Part shown: piece by piece, positions 63,841 through 64,000 of the stretch
How the letters are laid out: every line of letters begins with the position of its first letter
Numbering within the stretch: the stretch's first letter is position 1
Assembly (NCBI GenBank): GCA_964016885.1
Contig: OZ024762.1
Span: forward strand, 26,102,001 to 26,166,000
DNA from: Eledone cirrhosa
Lineage: Eukaryota
Reading direction: 5' to 3'
DNA length: 64,000 nucleotides
Notes under the pieces: model-generated
Database searches by the model: none
The model's input: only the letters and a program-made list of their open reading frames with translations
What the model was told of the DNA's origin: nothing
Program-made: the position numbers and the translations under genes

Positions 63841-64000
63841 AAATCTTCAACTTCTCTATCTAACTTACTATGGGACTTGAAATCCAAGAACATTAACTAT
63901 TCTTTATTTTGGAATATTATTTCCAAAGCTCCTTCATACACTGCTTTATCCCAAACTTGTTCCCTTTGTGTTAAAGAAATATTCTTTATACTAAAAAGTA
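63841..64000 (+). pseudogene. Hydra-like PLE GIY-YIG C-terminal fragment running off the window
   Basis: Manual translation KSSTSLSNLLWDLKSKNINYSLFWNIISKAPSYTALSQTCSLCVKEIFFIL; not in the ORF track. Confidence 0.75.

Overview
Repeat-saturated, non-genic eukaryotic DNA. The (TA)n-rich background and tRNA/Nin-domain-type SINEs suggest a cephalopod such as Octopus (inference). No host gene is supportable, and most ORFs in the track are microsatellite translations. The window is a (TA)n scaffold densely colonised by Penelope-like retroelements (PLEs) of at least three types: Hydra-like with a C-terminal GIY-YIG endonuclease, Neptune-like, and a third RT type, possibly Nematis. It also holds many short non-coding PLE 3'/pLTR fragments. 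Read by eye, these carry more than 20 minimal type-I hammerhead ribozyme (HHR) motifs, with covarying stems and both C3:G8 and U3:A8 cores. Many insertions form palindromes: either head-to-head with one arm ending at the full 3' terminus and the other at an internal TA-like site, or tail-to-tail around a (TA)n tract. Also present: a near full-length RTE LINE and a twin-primed inverted copy, further RTE fragments, a Chapaev3-type transposon nested in a SINE and itself containing a SINE, a non-autonomous Helitron, hAT and Tc1/mariner MITEs, and several satellites including a 150-bp higher-order repeat. All calls are by eye; no database search or folding was run.
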